A DNA stretch of 64,000 nt from assembly GCA_963806675.1 (NCBI GenBank), contig CAWDYF010000002.1, positions 1,043,920-1,107,919 on the forward strand. The letters run 5' to 3'. Within the stretch, counting starts at the first letter, position 1. Every line of letters begins with the position of its first letter. Source of the DNA: an uncultured Alphaproteobacteria bacterium. GTDB lineage: Bacteria > Pseudomonadota > Alphaproteobacteria > Rhizobiales > Beijerinckiaceae. The translations under genes and the position numbers were made by a program. A model generated the notes under the pieces. The model was given only the letters and a program-made list of their open reading frames with translations. It was not told the DNA's origin and searched no databases. Below are positions 21,489 through 36,852 of this stretch, piece after piece.

Positions 21489-22694
21489 TCAGTAAGGGCT
21501 CGGCTGAGCTGGGATGGGCGGCGGGGCATCGGAAGATATCGCCACTTCGGTGCCCGACTGCAATTTGAGCTGCCCCACGGCGACCACTATATCGCCCGGC
21601 TTGACCGCGCCGTTAATGACGACCCGGCCGTTCACCCGCTCGCCGGTCGTCACAAAGGTGCGCACCGCGGTCAGCTTGGTCTTGCCGTCGGCATCCTTCG
21701 TCTCGGTGATCAGGAAAACCGAATCGCCGTAGAGAGTGTAGTCCGCCGCGGTTTCCGGTACGGTGAGCACCGGCGGCAGCGGCGGCAGAACCACGGTGGT
21801 CGTTGCGAACATGCCCGGTTTCAGCGCGTGATCGCGATTGTCGAGCGTCGCCTGCACCGAGATGTTGCGCGTGTCGGTGCTGATCTGCGGTTCGATGGTC
21901 GTGATCTTTCCCACGAAGGTCCGGCCCGGATAGGCGTCGACGACGACGCGCACCGTCTGTCCCGTTTGAAGGAGCGCGCGATTCTTTTCGGTCGCGGTGA
22001 AGTTCACGTAGACCTGCGAGAGATCGGTGAGGGTCACAATTTCCGCGCCGGCGTTGATGAACTGCCCGAGTTCGACGTGCCGTACGCCGAGTTCGCCATC
22101 GAAAGGCGCCCGGATGAGTTTCTGCGAGATGATTGCCTGCGTCTTGGCGATGCCGGCGAGCGCCTGGTCGTAGATGGCCTGGTTCTGATCGACGGTCGCC
22201 TGCGGACCGTATTCGCGAATGGCAAGCGCCTTGGCGCGTTCGAGCGCGAGCTCGGCGCCACGAGCCTGCGCCTGATAGCTTGCGAGATCGCCGAGATCTG
22301 GATCGTCGAACAATTGCACGAGCGGCTCGCCGGCTGTGACGTGCGTGCCCGGCTGGAACATGATCTTGGTCACGCGGCCGCTGACGTCGGTCGTCACGTC
22401 GACCTGATGCACGGCGACGACGTCGCCTATCCCGGTCAACAAATGCGGAAGCACTTCGGATTTGACTTCGGCGACGGTGACGAGCGTCGGCGGCGGCTTC
22501 ATATTGGCGAAGAATTGCGCGATCATGTGCTCGCGAAACGCATTGAACCCCCAGAGCCCGCCGACCAGAAGCGCCAGCAGCACGGCAACGATCGCAAACC
22601 AGAGCTTGCCGCGCACCGGCCGCGCGGAGGCCGGCGCCTCATAGGCGGCGCGGGACCCGAGATCCGAGTCGGTCGAAACGGTCATCTCATGCAC
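21489..22694 (-). CDS. RND periplasmic adaptor (MFP)
   Basis: N-terminal TM anchor, IRAPFDGELG, IEPQISTDTR, LKPGMF. Confidence 0.94.
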   Translation of the reverse strand: MHEMTVSTDSDLGSRAAYEAPASARPVRGKLWFAIVAVLLALLVGGLWGFNAFREHMIAQFFANMKPPPTLVTVAEVKSEVLPHLLTGIGDVVAVHQVDVTTDVSGRVTKIMFQPGTHVTAGEPLVQLFDDPDLGDLASYQAQARGAELALERAKALAIREYGPQATVDQNQAIYDQALAGIAKTQAIISQKLIRAPFDGELGVRHVELGQFINAGAEIVTLTDLSQVYVNFTATEKNRALLQTGQTVRVVVDAYPGRTFVGKITTIEPQISTDTRNISVQATLDNRDHALKPGMFATTTVVLPPLPPVLTVPETAADYTLYGDSVFLITETKDADGKTKLTAVRTFVTTGERVNGRVVINGAVKPGDIVVAVGQLKLQSGTEVAISSDAPPPIPAQPSPY

Positions 22695-23388
22695 TTTCCA
22701 AAGAAGAGAGATCGGAAAATTCCTGCGGCATCACGCAATCTTCATGCGCCGCGATCGCCGCATGGGTGAGGCCGATCCCGCGCAGGATGAATTCGCAGGT
22801 CTCGCGCTCGAGTTGAGCGAGCGGGGGGTAGGCCAAGGGCGGCACCTGCGGCAGGCGCGTGGCGGCAAGCATGCAGATCGTGTGGTGGGCAAACCAGAAG
22901 AGATCACGCGGAGATGCTTGGCTTGGGTTGGCGTCGCCGGCGGCGATCGCACGTTCGAGCGAGGCGGTGAAAACCGGAACAACGAGCTGTTCGACCTTGT
23001 CGAACAGGATTTGGGCGAATTCTCCATCTTCAAGATGGCTGGAAAGCGTCAGCCGCAGCTTCTGATTCGGCTCCTCGCAGGGAGGGCCGCCCCCCGAGAG
23101 AAAACGGTTCACCATGCCGCGTACGAAGATGACAAGCGTTGCCGTCGAGGGTCGCAGCGCGCGCAACTGCGTGAGGCCGGGATCGGCTTCGCAAACATCC
23201 GCCAGAATTGCCGCATAGACGGCGGATTTCGTTGGAAAATGCTTGAAAAGCAAGGCTTCCGATATGCCCGCCGCGTCGGCGATGCGCTTCGTGGTCGTGC
23301 CGGCAAATCCATGCCGCGCAAAAAGCGGCAGAGCCGAATCGAGGATCTGCTGGCGGCGGCAATCGCGCGAAAGACGAGGGGCGTTCAT
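22687..23388 (-). CDS. TetR/AcrR family regulator
   Basis: N-terminal HTH: FARHGFAGTTTKRIADAAGISEALLFKHFPTK. First gene of the efflux operon. Confidence 0.93.
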   Translation of the reverse strand: MNAPRLSRDCRRQQILDSALPLFARHGFAGTTTKRIADAAGISEALLFKHFPTKSAVYAAILADVCEADPGLTQLRALRPSTATLVIFVRGMVNRFLSGGGPPCEEPNQKLRLTLSSHLEDGEFAQILFDKVEQLVVPVFTASLERAIAAGDANPSQASPRDLFWFAHHTICMLAATRLPQVPPLAYPPLAQLERETCEFILRGIGLTHAAIAAHEDCVMPQEFSDLSSLESA

Positions 23389-23392
23389 GATC

Positions 23393-23423
23393 GTAAGTGA
23401 TCACTCACTTACCGGTTTGTCAA
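23393..23423 (-). promoter_or_regulatory. tetR-operon promoter with overlapping palindromic operator
   Basis: Perfect inverted repeat GTAAGTGA-TCAC-TCACTTAC at 23393-23412. Minus strand TTGACA (23423-23418)-N17-TCACTT; ATG lies 7 nt downstream. Confidence 0.75.
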
Positions 23424-23470
23424 GCCTCCCCCCGAAACTGGACCAAGCGAGGGCGGTGCCGGCCACTGTC

Positions 23471-23581
23471 TGTCATGGCCCCGGCTTGACCCGGCCATGA
23501 CGCGGCTCAGGTGCCGGCAACCCTAACGAGGGCTGGCGGCGGCGAATCGGCCCGGATGACCGGTCACGCCCGGCCATGACG
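23471..23581. repeat. Pair of REP-like GTCATGGCCGGG palindromic units
   Basis: TGTCATGGCCCCGGCTTGACCCGGCCATGACG at 23471-23502 and GGATGACCGGTCACGCCCGGCCATGACG at 23554-23581, with a central CCCT-AACG-AGGG hairpin. Resembles CGTC-tagged alphaproteobacterial repeats. Confidence 0.6.
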
Positions 23582-23663
23582 CTGCATCGAACAGCAAGCC
23601 GCATTGGGCAGCCTCGTTACTGGCTTCGCTTTCCTTCACTCCCCCTGCCTGTTATCCCGCCGC

Positions 23664-25463
<1,800 letters not shown>

Positions 25464-25697
25464 CCTGTTGGCTCGTCACCCAGGAGACACAGATCTTTGG
25501 AGCCTCATTGCGTGTGGTTTGGAATGCAGATCATAAAAAACGTGGCGCCAAAACTCATCGATGATTTCCTTCCCTCTTGTTTTGAGCTAGTGTTTTTGCG
25601 GGGGCGGCGCACCCCTCATTCTGAGGCCTTGCCTTGCGGCGCAGACGTGAGCGTGGCCGTTCCTTGGCGGAGGCGGGATCGCCGGGGAGGTAGAACC

Positions 25698-26465
25698 ATG
25701 CGCGTGAGGAAATTGCTCGCGGCCGCCATCGCGGTTTCCGCCGTCACCGGGCCGGCCCTCGGAGCCGACCTACCGAACACCAAGGGGCCGCCCGTCTTCG
25801 CGCCGCCACCGCCGGTCTCGAGTTGGAGCGGCATCTATTTCGGCGGCAGCGTCGGAGGTGAGTTCAGTCAGGTTGACGGCGCTTTTGTAACTCCGCCGCC
25901 AACGACTTGGAGCATCAACCAGGCGTCGCCCATCATTGATGCGCATGTCGGCGCGCAAGAACAGTTTGGCAATTTCGTGCTGGGCGTCGAAGGAAGCTTC
26001 GTCGATTCCCCCAACAACACGAATGGCACGAGCCCGTGCAATCCCGTGGCCGGCTGCAGCCCTGGCACGCTCGCCACCTCGCGGCTTGAATATTTGTGGA
26101 CAATTGGCCCGCGGGTTGGCTGGGCAATGGATGCTTGGATGCCTTACCTTACGGGAGGATTCGCGGACGCGAGATTCAACAATCAGTTCGTTCCTGCGCC
26201 CTTCGAAGTGGGAAACACCTGGAACGATGGCGGCTATGTCGGCGCTGGCGTGGAGTGGAACTTCCTGCAGAACTGGTACGCCGGCATCGAATACCGGCAC
26301 TATTTCCTGAGCACTCAAACGTCAGTGCCAAACGCGACTGCGACCGGCCTGCCCGTCCCCGGCGACACTTTTACGGTCCAGCCCCGAATCGACACGGTCT
26401 CGGCGCGTTTGAGCTATAAGTTCGATTGGTTTGCGCCGCCGGCGCCCGTGGTCGCCAAATACTGA
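25698..26465 (+). CDS. Outer membrane beta-barrel protein (Omp25/RopB-like)
   Basis: GGAGG SD. Signal peptide ending ALA/G-ADLP, SWSGIYFGG, GAGVEW, C-terminus LSYKFDWFAPPAPVVAKY. Confidence 0.88.
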   Translation: MRVRKLLAAAIAVSAVTGPALGADLPNTKGPPVFAPPPPVSSWSGIYFGGSVGGEFSQVDGAFVTPPPTTWSINQASPIIDAHVGAQEQFGNFVLGVEGSFVDSPNNTNGTSPCNPVAGCSPGTLATSRLEYLWTIGPRVGWAMDAWMPYLTGGFADARFNNQFVPAPFEVGNTWNDGGYVGAGVEWNFLQNWYAGIEYRHYFLSTQTSVPNATATGLPVPGDTFTVQPRIDTVSARLSYKFDWFAPPAPVVAKY

Positions 26466-26494
26466 GGCGATCCGTGAAGCCTCCAGACCTGCGC

Positions 26495-26512
26495 GGCCGG
26501 CTTTCGCCGGCC
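26495..26512. terminator. GC hairpin downstream of the omp gene (possible terminator)
   Basis: GGCCGGC-TTTC-GCCGGCC, with no clear U-tract. Confidence 0.3.
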
Positions 26513-26659
26513 TCTCGGTCTTCCCGATCGCCCCTCGGATAGGATCGAGAACACAGGCGAGCCCTGTCGCCCGTGTGCTCCAACTTGTCGTGGCGCTACG
26601 AAAAAGAGGCAGGATGGGCTAGACTTCCGCCGCGTAAAACGCGTTTGTCGGCAGGCCCC

Positions 26660-26887
26660 ATGTATATCATCGCTCGCAACATCAATGGCCCGGTGAAAAG
26701 CCGGTATTTGCGCTGCGAAGCCCTCATGGTCGATAAGAAGACCTATACGTCCTGGCCGCCCACGACAGAGGACGGCTGGCGGCGCGCCTATAAATTCCGT
26801 GACAAGCTGATGGCCGAAGTGGTGCGTCTCGAACTCGACCCGATGGGCGAGGAACTGCAGGTGATCGAGGCGGTTTATATTCCCTAG
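26660..26887 (+). CDS. Small hypothetical protein (75 aa)
   Basis: MYIIARNINGPVKSRYLRCE...VIEAVYIP. Fills the gap and converges on NADAR with stops 2 nt apart. Confidence 0.55.
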   Translation: MYIIARNINGPVKSRYLRCEALMVDKKTYTSWPPTTEDGWRRAYKFRDKLMAEVVRLELDPMGEELQVIEAVYIP

Positions 26888-26889
26888 GC

Positions 26890-27345
26890 TCAAGCCAGCC
26901 TGCGCAGTTCTTCGCGCAGCGCCATCAGGATTTCACCCAGGCGGTTCTCGCCTTTGCCGTCCCTGTCGCGTCCCCAGAACGGATCGCTCTTGGAAAAATG
27001 GATGAGTTCGGCGGCGCCGGTTGCGAGAAGCTTCTCCCGCAGCGCGCGGTTTTGCTCGAACTTCGCGCCGACCGCCCGTGCCATCACTTGGGTTTTGGCC
27101 TCGTTCCAGTCGGGCCGCACGCTGAGCGAGCGGTCTTGACCTATTTTGCGCGCAATCGCCGGCTTTTCGGCTGCCCGGATGCGCGCCGCGACCGGATTGC
27201 CCGGATATTTCTGCGCCTGATAATAATGCTCGACGCTCGGCCAGCGAAGCCCGGAAAGCTCGAATCCATGCGGCGAGAAGTTGGACAGCCAGCCTGTCTG
27301 CGGGTCCTTCGAGGTGAACCAGATTTCGTCGGGCAAGCCAGTCAC
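26890..27345 (-). CDS. NADAR (YbiA-like) family protein
   Basis: WLSNFSPH, WPSVEHYYQAQKY, RPDWNE, KFEQN..LREKLLATG, DPFWG, GENRLGEILM. Confidence 0.92.
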   Translation of the reverse strand: MTGLPDEIWFTSKDPQTGWLSNFSPHGFELSGLRWPSVEHYYQAQKYPGNPVAARIRAAEKPAIARKIGQDRSLSVRPDWNEAKTQVMARAVGAKFEQNRALREKLLATGAAELIHFSKSDPFWGRDRDGKGENRLGEILMALREELRRLA

Positions 27346-27485
27346 ATTTTGCTCCGGCCGGAATTCATTGCGTCGTCGGCAAATTTGAATGGACGCAAGA
27401 AAGCTTGAGGAACATCGAAAAAGAACGCATTCTGGCCCGCTCTGTGCTTGAAACAGCCGACCTATTCATTGCCCGATGGATTGCC

Positions 27486-28475
27486 ATGGACTCCAAACTG
27501 AAAAAGGCGCAACCGCGGTTCGGCATCGACAACGTGCTGGCTGCGAGTCATGCGCGCCATCTCGCCAATACGGACGGAGCGCTCGCCGACTATATTCCGC
27601 AGCTCGCCGCGGCCGATCCGGAAAAATTCGGCATCGCGCTTGCCACCGTGGATGGCAAGCTCTACGCCGCCGGCGACACGGACCATCCGTTTACGATCCA
27701 GTCCGTCTCGAAGGCCTTCGTCTATTGCCTCGCGCTCGAACTCATAGGACGCGACGCGGTCCTCGAGCGGGTCGGCGTCGAACCCAGCGGCGATGCCTTC
27801 AACGCGATCGTCTTCGACCCCGCCACCAATCGGCCCTTCAACCCGATGGTGAACGCCGGCGCGATCACAATCGCCGGCGTCGTGCACGAGGTCGCCGGCG
27901 CCGGCGCCTTCGAGCTTATTCTCGATCGGCTCTCCGCGGCCGCCGGACGGCGTCTCACGATGGACGAATCGGTCTATCGCTCCGAGGCGGAGACGGGACA
28001 TCGCAACCGCGCTATCGGCCATTTGCTGCGCAACGTCGGCGCGCTGAACGGTCCGGTCGATGCGGTCGTCGATCTCTATTTCCGCCAATGTTCGATCCTG
28101 GTCACCGCCGCCGATCTGGCGCGCATGGGCGCGACGCTCGCCCATATCGGGGAAAATCCGGCAACCGGCAAGCAGGTGTTCGAGCTGACCGCGGTGCGCA
28201 ACACGCTGGCCGTGATGTTCACCTGCGGCATGTATGATTATTCCGGCCATTGGGCCTATGACGTAGGCGTGCCGGCCAAGAGCGGCGTCGGCGGCGGAAT
28301 TGTCGGGATCGTAAACCGCCAGCTCGGCATCGGCACGTTCTCGCCCCGTCTCGACGCCAAGGGAAATTCGGTACGCGGCATCGCGACCTTCAAGGAGATC
28401 GGCGACGAACTCGGGCTGCACATTTTCGATTGTTCGAACGTCGGCTCAAGTTTTATGCGTTCGTTTCTCGAGTGA
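27486..28475 (+). CDS. glsA: Glutaminase A
   Basis: LADYIPQL, FTIQSVSK, NPMVNAGAI, TCGMYDYSG, PAKSGVGGG, GNSVRG. Start set at ATG 27486. Confidence 0.96.
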   Translation: MDSKLKKAQPRFGIDNVLAASHARHLANTDGALADYIPQLAAADPEKFGIALATVDGKLYAAGDTDHPFTIQSVSKAFVYCLALELIGRDAVLERVGVEPSGDAFNAIVFDPATNRPFNPMVNAGAITIAGVVHEVAGAGAFELILDRLSAAAGRRLTMDESVYRSEAETGHRNRAIGHLLRNVGALNGPVDAVVDLYFRQCSILVTAADLARMGATLAHIGENPATGKQVFELTAVRNTLAVMFTCGMYDYSGHWAYDVGVPAKSGVGGGIVGIVNRQLGIGTFSPRLDAKGNSVRGIATFKEIGDELGLHIFDCSNVGSSFMRSFLE

Positions 28476-28491
28476 GCGGCGCGCGCCGCGA

Positions 28492-28899
28492 TCACGCCCC
28501 CTCCGGCGCGAAATTCATCGCCACCCCATTGATGCAATAGCGCAGATGCGTCGGCGGCGGCCCGTCCGGAAAAACATGGCCGAGATGGCTGCCGCAGCGG
28601 CTGCAATGGACTTCGGTGCGGATCATGCCATGGCTGCGGTCGACGGTCTCTTCGATCGAGCCGGGGACCGGATCGTTGAAGCTTGGCCAGCCCGTGCCGC
28701 TCTCGAACTTGGCTTTTGAGACAAAGAGCTTCTGGCCGCAGCCGGCGCAGGTAAACGTGCCGGCGCGCTTCTCGTAATTCAGTGCGCATGAGCCGGCCCG
28801 TTCGGTGCCATGGCCGCGCATCACGTCATATTGCTCGGGGCTCAGAAGCTTGCGCCATTCGGCATCGGTGTGAGTGACGGGAAATTGCTTGGTTTCCAT
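28492..28899 (-). CDS. msrB: Peptide-methionine (R)-S-oxide reductase MsrB
   Basis: GTERA, CAGC, KFESGTGWPSF, CSRCGSHLGHVFPDGP, RYCING. Confidence 0.96.
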   Translation of the reverse strand: METKQFPVTHTDAEWRKLLSPEQYDVMRGHGTERAGSCALNYEKRAGTFTCAGCGQKLFVSKAKFESGTGWPSFNDPVPGSIEETVDRSHGMIRTEVHCSRCGSHLGHVFPDGPPPTHLRYCINGVAMNFAPEGA

Positions 28900-28993
28900 C
28901 GTGGGGTGCCCCTGTCTGCCCCCTCCTCGCAAGCGACGCGAAACGGGGAGAGGGCTTCGTTCGCCTCTCATTACGTCCGGCGTGCCCGAATTG

Positions 28994-31647
<2,654 letters not shown>

Positions 31648-31779
31648 CTAGAAACTCGCAATATTGCGGGCCGCGGATCGCTCCCCTCCCAGGGGGCGGA
31701 AGCGGCCAAGCGGGTTTGCAAGGACCTCATCCGGCAGCGTCGCTCAGCGACGCTGCCGCCTTCCCTCGAACGGGAAGGA

Positions 31780-34386
<2,607 letters not shown>

Positions 34387-34635
34387 TGACCACTCCCAAA
34401 TCCGCGGCAAGCCACGCCGTGAGAAGAGCATTCTCAGCAATGAAGATCCGTCTGAACATGCTCTTGATCAATAACGAGAGCACTCCCGGCGAAACCCAAT
34501 TGGTCCCGAAGGCAGGCTCTCCAAAATGTAAGCAAGCGGAAAAGGGATTTTTAGGGCGAGCGAGGGCCTAGCCTGGCCAGGCGCCGGCAAGCCCTCTGCT
34601 TAGATGCGCGGGCGCAACCGGCGTGCCCCAGAAGA

Positions 34636-35520
34636 TCAATCCTCGAGCGAATCCTTGGCGGTATCCGTTTCGCCTAAATGTTCTCCGCTGCGCCGGCGCC
34701 GGCGCGGACGCAGATGATAGCCGGTCGCCTCGGTCTCGGCCTCGGGCCGATCCAGGATCTCCGGAGCGAGCGTTTCCTCGTCCGGGTCGGCCAGATTGGT
34801 CTCCGGCTGCAACCGAACCGGCGCGGTGATGAAGGCCGGCAGATTCTTGCCGTTGAGGTCTTCGGCGCGGGGATCGTTGCGCTCATAACGGGGCGCATTG
34901 TCGGGGCGAAAATCGCGCGGGCCGCGTCCGCGTCCGCCGTCGCGCCGTTCCGCCTCGCGATTTTGCTGGCCTTGCCGCTCGGGGAAAGGCTGCCTTTCGG
35001 AGAAGCCGCGCTCCGGCCGGCGCTCAGGGCGTTCGAAAGAAGGCCGCTCGCCGCCGGCGAAAGCCGGCCGCTCGCGCTCGGGATAGTTCGGCTGGCCATT
35101 CTGCGGGGGCTGCGGCGGCGTGTAGGGCTGGTTTGGCTGAGGCTGCGGGTTCGAACGCTCGACCGGCGAAGCGAACCGGTCGGGGATGCTGACGAAATCG
35201 TCCTCTTCGTCGACATCTTCCGCCTCGAGCTCGCCGGCTGGGCGGTTATATCCGAATGGCGCCTGCTGGGCCTGTTGGGCCGCCGCGATCAAGCGGAAAT
35301 AATGCTCGGCATGTTGAAGATAGCTCTCGGCCATCACCGGATCGCCGGACGATTGGGCATCGCGCGCCAATTGCAGGTATTTTTCGCCGATATGATGGGC
35401 GGTGCCCCTGATTTTGACATCGGGGCCATTCGATTCAAAGGAACGGGAAAGCGGGTTCGGGCCCTTACGATTGCTGTTGTTGCGCCCGCGCATGCGCTTG
35501 TTGTTCTGATTCGGTCTCAT
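34636..35520 (-). CDS. DUF4167-domain protein with long low-complexity C-terminus
   Basis: RSFESNGPDVKIRGTAHHIGEKYLQLARDA...YLQHAEHY; R/E/P/Q-rich tail. Confidence 0.88.
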   Translation of the reverse strand: MRPNQNNKRMRGRNNSNRKGPNPLSRSFESNGPDVKIRGTAHHIGEKYLQLARDAQSSGDPVMAESYLQHAEHYFRLIAAAQQAQQAPFGYNRPAGELEAEDVDEEDDFVSIPDRFASPVERSNPQPQPNQPYTPPQPPQNGQPNYPERERPAFAGGERPSFERPERRPERGFSERQPFPERQGQQNREAERRDGGRGRGPRDFRPDNAPRYERNDPRAEDLNGKNLPAFITAPVRLQPETNLADPDEETLAPEILDRPEAETEATGYHLRPRRRRRSGEHLGETDTAKDSLED

Positions 35521-35845
35521 CGATGTCCCTTGCGTAGCATCATCCCCAAACGCGACTCGGGTTCACCACCGGGTCGGCGTATCCTTCAGTCAAGTTCAAG
35601 CACGAGAGTAAGCTGGCAAATGTTCTCCAGCTGTTAACATCCGGGCTCGTGGCAAAGCCGACGAACAGAACCGGCCCCGCACTCCGGGACCTCAGACTTT
35701 GGGGACAATCGCCTTGATCGCGCTGAGCACATCAGGCTCGCCGGAAGCGGAAATCCTTCGAGCCCTTTCAGTTCCTGGCCGGGAAGGAGGATCTCAACGC
35801 CACCGCAATGCAACGTCAATCGCGAAAGGCAACCTTTGAGCGCGG

Positions 35846-35874
35846 AAACTAGTCGCTTTTGCTCCGATCGCCAA
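35846..35874 (-). promoter_or_regulatory. Putative sigma70 promoter upstream of the DUF4167 gene
   Basis: Minus strand TTGGCG-N17-TAGTTT. Confidence 0.35.
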
Positions 35875-35976
35875 GGACTTTCGCGAAATAAATTCTGCGC
35901 CAGCTGCCCTCTGTGGCAGATATGTCACGCGCTGGGCAATGTTTCTGCCAGATCTCGAATGTGACAAACGGCTCGT

Positions 35977-36852
35977 TCAGCGCGCTCGACGGGCGGTCAT
36001 CACCCGCTCGTGGCCGGCGAGATCGCGCTGAGTCGCGATGACGTCGAAACCCGACGATGCGAGGATCCGCGTAACGCCGCGGGCTTGGCCGAGGCCGAGT
36101 TCTAGCGCGACAAGACTGTCCGGCGTGGCAAGCCCGGCCAAGCTCGGCAAGATCGCCCGATAGGCGGCAAGTCCGTCCTTGCCGCCGTCGAGCGCCAGCT
36201 GCGGATCATGCTCGCGCACCTCCGGCGCCAAGCTCGCGAGCTCGTGGCTTGCGACATAGGGCGGGTTCGAGACGATGACGTCGAAAGCGCCGCAGAGCGC
36301 GTTCGCCCAATCGCCGCAGACGACGCGCGCGCGCGACGCAAAGCCAAGCGTCTCGAGATTGCGCCGCGCGACCCGGCACGCGGCCTCCGAAAGATCGACG
36401 CCGATCCCCAGCGCCTGAGGGAAATGGCTGAGGAGAGCGCCGAGAATGGCTCCCGAACCTATGCCGAGATCGAGGATGCGCAAAGGCGTTCCGCCCGACG
36501 CGATGCCAAGGCCGCCGTCACCGCCTCGACCAAGATCTCCGTCTCGGGGCGCGGATCGAGGACGGCCGGGCCAATGGCAAAATCGAGGCCCCAAAACTCC
36601 CGCTTGCCGATAATCCGCGAGGTCGGCTCGCGATTCGACCGGCGGTGAGCGAGTTGCGCGATCAACTCTGCCGCTGCGCCGATCGGCAGATCGGGATCGC
36701 GCAGGAGAGCGGCATGATCGATGCCGAGCGCGGCGCAGAGGATGAGCCGTGCATCGAGCGCCGGCTGCGGCGAGGCCGGCTGCGGCGAAGACTTGGGCGA
36801 GCTGACGCTGCGCCTGGCTCCGCGACAAGCTCGGATCGAAACGGGGCCTCAT
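35977..36852 (-). CDS. prmC: Release-factor glutamine methyltransferase PrmC (HemK), with internal frame switches at about 36772 and 36490
   Basis: ALDARLIL...REPTSRIIGKREFWGL...LDPRPETEILVE lie in a second frame (ORF 36459-36665). LDLGIGSG, NPPY and LDGGKDGL lie in the main frame. Confidence 0.92.
   Translation of the reverse strand: MRPRFDPSLSRSQAQRQLAQVFAAAGLAAAGARCTAHPLRRARHRSCRSPARSRSADRRSGRVDRATRSPPVESRADLADYRQAGVLGPRFCHWPGRPRSAPRDGDLGRGGDGGLGIASGGTPLRILDLGIGSGAILGALLSHFPQALGIGVDLSEAACRVARRNLETLGFASRARVVCGDWANALCGAFDVIVSNPPYVASHELASLAPEVREHDPQLALDGGKDGLAAYRAILPSLAGLATPDSLVALELGLGQARGVTRILASSGFDVIATQRDLAGHERVMTARRAR

Noticed and set aside
23505-23535. SRP-RNA-like fragments (CTCAGGT...CCCTAACGAG; also GTCAGGTCCGG near 10476)
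   Set aside because: The GGAAGGAAGCAG domain-IV core is missing, so the resemblance is probably chance.
25612-25650. CCTCA-TTC-TGAGG hairpin resembling another rhizobial repeat family
   Set aside because: It is too short and the rest of the repeat is absent.
26573-27345. DarT1-NADAR toxin-antitoxin or defence system
   Set aside because: No ADP-ribosyltransferase-like gene is nearby, and the neighbour is only 75 aa and convergent.
34478-34500. AGCACTC half-CIRCE upstream of clpB
   Set aside because: The second arm (GAGTGCT) is absent 9 nt downstream.
36760-36786. 12-bp direct repeat GCCGGCTGCGGC at a prmC frame switch
   Set aside because: The copies are 15 nt apart, so slippage would keep the frame. 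It does not explain a +1 shift.
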